From positions 1 through 39,863 of IMG/VR virus record IMGVR_UViG_3300020045_002020: a DNA stretch of 39,863 nucleotides. One strand, 5' to 3'. Both the position numbers and the translations under genes were made by a program. Below the pieces are notes generated by a model. The model ran no database searches and was not told where the DNA came from. It saw only the letters and a list, made by a program, of their open reading frames with translations. Below, piece by piece: positions 36,012-39,863 of this stretch. The stretch is from a virus. Lineage: Duplodnaviria > Caudoviricetes. Within the stretch, counting starts at the first letter, position 1; every line of letters begins with the position of its first letter.

Positions 36012-38096
36012 TCAATACTTCTTCTGTTTCTGGTTGCCCAGCTGCTTCTGGTAGGCTTCCAAGTAATCTATTACCTGCTTCCCAGTTCGATCCATCCAAG
36101 TCTCGTGGTTCCTGATCGCGTAGTACCTGCCCTGAGATCCATCATTCAGACGAACTGGCTTCCCGTCGCAGACCTGCCTTATACCGGCACGAGAGAGCTC
36201 TCTTCCTAGTCCGTTCGCCGTAGTCTTCGTCTTACCTTCTGGGTCGTAGAAATCCATCAGCTCCTTGCTCGTCATCAGATCCTTATCTACCACCATCTTC
36301 CCAACCCTGAGCACTTGATCCGGAGTGGCCATGAGCTGACGTACCCATGATGCAAGGTCTGACCTGCCAACGTTTATCATCCGCTCTTTAGCAGTGGTAC
36401 GGTAGGCCGGAGCTGCTGGATTGAAGGAACCAAGGTCTAAGTTCTGTAGATGGTAGAAGATCGCCTCGGCTCCTCCTGTATCCAGCCACAACTTATACTC
36501 CATGTAGAACTCTTCTTCGAGTGGGCCTACAATAACTTCATGGATGAAATTCCGCCGGTCATCATCCTCTAAGAAAAAGGAATCTGGGTGGTTGGCAGTG
36601 AAGTAATAGTTGATACAGTCTGGTACCACATAACTTCTGATGTGCTTCGGATTCAGGCGCAACTCCATCTGAGTGATCATCTTCTTTAAGAAGTCAGCAT
36701 CCTGCCTCTTGTTGCTACCCGTTATATCATCTCCCATAACGAACTGCTTATTCTCAGCCCACTCATTGAACTTATTATGCAAGTCCATCTGGCTGAGCTC
36801 GGTAAAGTTCTGCCCGTAGATCTCTTTCATTGTGTAACCGATCAGTGACTTTCCAGTGCCATGCCTTATCCCATGGATCACCGCGCAGCTGAACATCTTT
36901 ACACCTGGATATTGTAATGGGTATGCAAGCCACCTCATAAACCACTGAACCGCGTCTTTCTCAGCACCGGTGAAGATGTGATCTATCAATTTAAGGAACG
37001 GTTTCACATCTCCTTTCTTAGGCTCACACCCCCAGCCTGACCAAGTGTTATACATCTCATTGCGATAGGTGGGATCTCCTGGGCTGTATGTTACCTTCCT
37101 TGCCTCAAAGCGCAAAGGCCACTTCAACCACGCAGCCGATGCTGCGACCGGCTTATATGAAATACTGCCGTCGGCTTTAACTTGCCGTTCTTGATACTGG
37201 GCTGTAGATTCAAGGTGGTCTTTAAAAGCCCCCGGGCTGACTTTGTTCTCGACATCCCGCTGATCAATGATAAACCCTGGGTTTCTGACATAACAATACT
37301 TGTCATTATAATTCCAGAGGATCTGACTAAGTCCGAGAGGCTCTGCATTGGCGAGTAGGACTCTGAACATCTCGTTGGCTGACGGGCCAGCATGGACGAG
37401 AAAGTCATCAAGTCCAATTTTATCCAACCCCGGAAGAGATGGTAAGGTGACGAGAAAGGTAAACGCTCCGCGTCTCTGTAATTCATCGGCAAAATTCTTG
37501 AGAGCGGAACATACCATTGGATTCGTTTGATAATCGGAATCAAAACACAGATAGACGTTTCTTTTTCTCCACTCAATGGGATCTAATGATGGAAGCCACT
37601 CTATACCTAGGCGAGCACTTCGCCAATTGTAAACTCCGCCCAACCCTAAGGTGGGAAATCCTTCTTTACAAGCCTTCGCTGCTTTAAGTTCACCTTCTGT
37701 TATAATGAGCGGCTGCTCCACGTCATCACACAACTCTTCCCAACCATCGAAGTTCTTGGGGTAGTACGCACATGGGACAGTTTGAGGTTCTTGCACATAT
37801 CTAACCGGCTTCTTGCTTGTCATAGCTTCAAAGCCTGACGGAGACTCTAAATACCTAAGCCGGTAGAATGGTTTTGATTTTGGCCAATCACAAAGAGAAG
37901 AGCCTTGGTGGTCGAAGTACTCTATTTTTAAAGAACATAGTTGTTTAAAAGAAGGGTGAAGATTTGACGTCTGAGCCGCAGAGAGCATAGACATGCCAAG
38001 TGACTTGGCATCGTTGAGATCTAATCCCGATGATTTAAGTTTCGCTTCACCAAGACCCTTCGCTTTGTGGTCGGTTGTCTTAACTTTCGTCGCCAT
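36012..38096 (-). CDS. Primase-helicase (Toprim/DUF3854-like plus SF3/D5-like helicase)
   Basis: ITEGELKA, CFDSD, GLDD; Walker A GIRHGTGKS, FNEW, TANH, DDRR. Confidence 0.9.
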   Translation of the reverse strand: MATKVKTTDHKAKGLGEAKLKSSGLDLNDAKSLGMSMLSAAQTSNLHPSFKQLCSLKIEYFDHQGSSLCDWPKSKPFYRLRYLESPSGFEAMTSKKPVRYVQEPQTVPCAYYPKNFDGWEELCDDVEQPLIITEGELKAAKACKEGFPTLGLGGVYNWRSARLGIEWLPSLDPIEWRKRNVYLCFDSDYQTNPMVCSALKNFADELQRRGAFTFLVTLPSLPGLDKIGLDDFLVHAGPSANEMFRVLLANAEPLGLSQILWNYNDKYCYVRNPGFIIDQRDVENKVSPGAFKDHLESTAQYQERQVKADGSISYKPVAASAAWLKWPLRFEARKVTYSPGDPTYRNEMYNTWSGWGCEPKKGDVKPFLKLIDHIFTGAEKDAVQWFMRWLAYPLQYPGVKMFSCAVIHGIRHGTGKSLIGYTMKEIYGQNFTELSQMDLHNKFNEWAENKQFVMGDDITGSNKRQDADFLKKMITQMELRLNPKHIRSYVVPDCINYYFTANHPDSFFLEDDDRRNFIHEVIVGPLEEEFYMEYKLWLDTGGAEAIFYHLQNLDLGSFNPAAPAYRTTAKERMINVGRSDLASWVRQLMATPDQVLRVGKMVVDKDLMTSKELMDFYDPEGKTKTTANGLGRELSRAGIRQVCDGKPVRLNDGSQGRYYAIRNHETWMDRTGKQVIDYLEAYQKQLGNQKQKKY

Positions 38097-38169
38097 GCGT
38101 ATCTTCTATTTAAACCACACCATATCCCGCCCTCAGCAGCCGGGTACCTTCTCTTTATAGCCCCAGCCA

Positions 38170-38260
38170 AATAAAGAAGCAGCCTCGGGTGCGCCAACTT
38201 GCTGAGGGATGGTGGCATGGCGATATGCGACGAACGTCATGACAGACCCGAGGCTGCTAC
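38170..38260 (-). ncRNA. Putative structured leader / antisense sRNA
   Basis: 13-bp closing stem AGCAGCCTCGGGT/ACCCGAGGCTGCT starting at the predicted TSS, internal hairpins, U-rich tail. Confidence 0.55.
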
Positions 38261-38265
38261 GAAGT

Positions 38266-38294
38266 ATAGTACTCTACTCTAAGGCACTTGTATA
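38266..38294 (-). promoter_or_regulatory. Sigma70-like promoter for the sRNA/primase
   Basis: TATACA-N17-TACTAT. Confidence 0.6.
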
Positions 38295-38327
38295 TTTGGT
38301 ACGCGCAAATAGGTTAAATGCATTTAT

Positions 38328-38570
38328 AATCAAGCACTTAGGCAAGATCTGATGCTTGCTACTCAGCTACATAATTACTACTGCTACTCAAATCCCTTAT
38401 ATCCTTCTCTCTCTCTTCTTCTTCTTCTTCTTCTTCTTCTTCTCTAATAGAAAAAGAGTAGTTATGTAGTATTGTAGCAGAATAACGTACAAACTATATG
38501 CAAATCAATAACTTACGTACGTCCACACGCGCTACACAATGCCACTTTGCTCTGTAGTTATGTGTAGTTT
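38328..38570. other. Candidate replication origin / control region
   Basis: Two WATCAANNNNTTR (IHF consensus) matches at 38328 and 38503, CTAC/GTAG inverted repeats, and a 44-nt pyrimidine tract with (CTT)9. Confidence 0.5.
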
Positions 38571-38602
38571 AATGAATACTCCTCCACAAGGATGTACAGT
38601 GG

Positions 38603-38631
38603 TTTACTTTTATGTTACTGCACGGCATAAT
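38603..38631 (+). promoter_or_regulatory. Sigma70-like promoter for the packaging/virion arm
   Basis: TTTACT-N17-CATAAT. Confidence 0.6.
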
Positions 38632-38679
38632 GTACCCTGTAACCATTTACCACTTCCTATCGTGGAGACAACAGAGCGC

Positions 38680-39069
38680 ATGGCGACACGAGGCCCAAAG
38701 AAAGAGTCGGAAAAGACCGAGCAGGAAAAGGCTGAGCGCAAGTTACGTTCACAAGTCCGCCAAGCAGCAGCCGAATCAGGTATGTTGCCACACGAGATAC
38801 TACTCCAAGCAGCTCGTGGAGAGGTATTCAGGATCAAACAACTGAAAATCGTATACTACGGGTCAGGTCCAAACAAAGGAGAGGAGAAATCTCGCGAGTG
38901 GGTTGACGTAGACTACCACCCAAGCTACCAGGAACGTATTGACGCTGCCAAATCAGCTGCCCCATACTTCGCACCACGCCTCGCAACTCAGATAATGCAA
39001 ATCGGCGACAAAACACCTGAAGCATTGGCTGAAGTGTTTAAACAACTTGCTGAGAAACTGCCGTCGTGA
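38680..39069 (+). CDS. terS: Terminase small subunit (probable)
   Basis: Directly upstream of and coupled to TerL; RIDAAKSAAPYFAPRL motif; start reassigned to the ATG at 38680. Confidence 0.72.
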   Translation: MATRGPKKESEKTEQEKAERKLRSQVRQAAAESGMLPHEILLQAARGEVFRIKQLKIVYYGSGPNKGEEKSREWVDVDYHPSYQERIDAAKSAAPYFAPRLATQIMQIGDKTPEALAEVFKQLAEKLPS

Positions 39070-39863
39070 ACGCCATCAATTCGCTGTACCAACGAGATCT
39101 CGATCGGTGGTACCCACTTATTGACCACCCTGTTCAGTATGACTTAATCAATGACAATGTTCGCTTCAAGGTAGTTCCAGCAGGAAGACGATCCGGCAAG
39201 ACTGAACGCGCTAAGCGCCATGTAGCTAAGGTTGCTATGTCTACTAGTGCGCAGCCTTATTTCATCGCTGCTCCCACTCGGAACCAAGTCAAGCAGATCT
39301 ACTGGAGTGATATGAAGCGGTTGTGCTTCACCTCAGTGCTTGGTGATAAGGCGATCAGTGAATCAGATTTGATGATCAAACTACCCAATGGTAGTACCAT
39401 CACGCTCATCGGACTCGACCAACCACAACGCATCGAAGGTATTATCTGGGCAGGAGGTGTGATCGATGAAATCGCCGACATTAAAGAGAACGCTTGGGCA
39501 GAGAACATCTCGCCGGCTCTTGATACCTTTAATCCTCTTAATCCTGATTACCGTGCGTGGTGTTGGCTTATTGGTGTGCCAGATGGTCTCAACCATTATT
39601 ATGAGATGGCCGAGTACGCTAGGACCTCAAATGATCCTGACTGGAAGCTTTATACGTGGCATTCTTCTGACATACTTCCTCCTGACGTTATTGCTGCTGC
39701 TAAGCGCCGTATGTCCAACAGACAATACAAGCAAGAGTATGAAGCCAGCTTTGAAACAGCCGCAGGTAAGATATATGAAGACTACAGCATCGACAATCAA
39801 ACGAGCTCTACCATTAAGCCGCACGAACTACTCCATTGGTTCCACGATTTCAACTATACACCA
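39066..39863 (+). CDS. terL: Terminase large subunit, N-terminal ATPase part (continues at window start; about 449 aa in total)
   Basis: GTG start overlaps the TerS stop (GTGA); Walker A-like VPAGRRSGKT, APT motif and Walker B GVIDE; open to the window end; absent from the ORF track. Confidence 0.93.
   Translation, partial: MNAINSLYQRDLDRWYPLIDHPVQYDLINDNVRFKVVPAGRRSGKTERAKRHVAKVAMSTSAQPYFIAAPTRNQVKQIYWSDMKRLCFTSVLGDKAISESDLMIKLPNGSTITLIGLDQPQRIEGIIWAGGVIDEIADIKENAWAENISPALDTFNPLNPDYRAWCWLIGVPDGLNHYYEMAEYARTSNDPDWKLYTWHSSDILPPDVIAAAKRRMSNRQYKQEYEASFETAAGKIYEDYSIDNQTSSTIKPHELLHWFHDFNYTP
39743..39863. repeat. Terminal direct repeat, copy 2 (circular assembly overlap)
   Basis: Identical to 1-121. 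Confidence 0.95.

Noticed and set aside
38178-38258. tRNA gene
   Set aside because: The closing stem is 13 bp and there is no T-loop/D-loop consensus or CCA end.

Overview
The window looks like a complete, circularly permuted 39,742-bp tailed-phage genome. Bases 1-121 equal 39743-39863, and the terminase large subunit reads in frame across this junction. The + strand arm carries a P22-like podovirus virion module: TerS, TerL, portal, scaffold, coat, gp4/gp10/gp26-like parts, ejection proteins, tailspike and a lysis cassette. The - strand arm carries an autonomous replication and nucleotide-metabolism module: primase-helicase, family A polymerase, SNF2 helicase, nucleases, SSB-like protein, ligase and ThyX. 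No integrase or repressor was recognised, so the phage is probably virulent, on a Gram-negative host. Three things stand out. (1) Two arrays of integron attC-like sites (about 23.2-24.0 kb and 30.1-30.9 kb) bound small accessory genes. Every gene is antisense to the attC sites, some stop codons, RBSs and start codons lie inside the sites, and there is no integrase. (2) A putative ~85-nt structured RNA at the head of the primase transcript has a loop antisense to a motif in the leaders of all four leftward promoters. (3) A nucleotide-modification operon has a ThyA-fold enzyme with the dCMP-type Asp, an Nmad1/DUF1599-like protein, an all-alpha NTP pyrophosphatase and a SAM methyltransferase, alongside a separate ThyX. 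All family assignments are from motif recognition by eye, not database searches.
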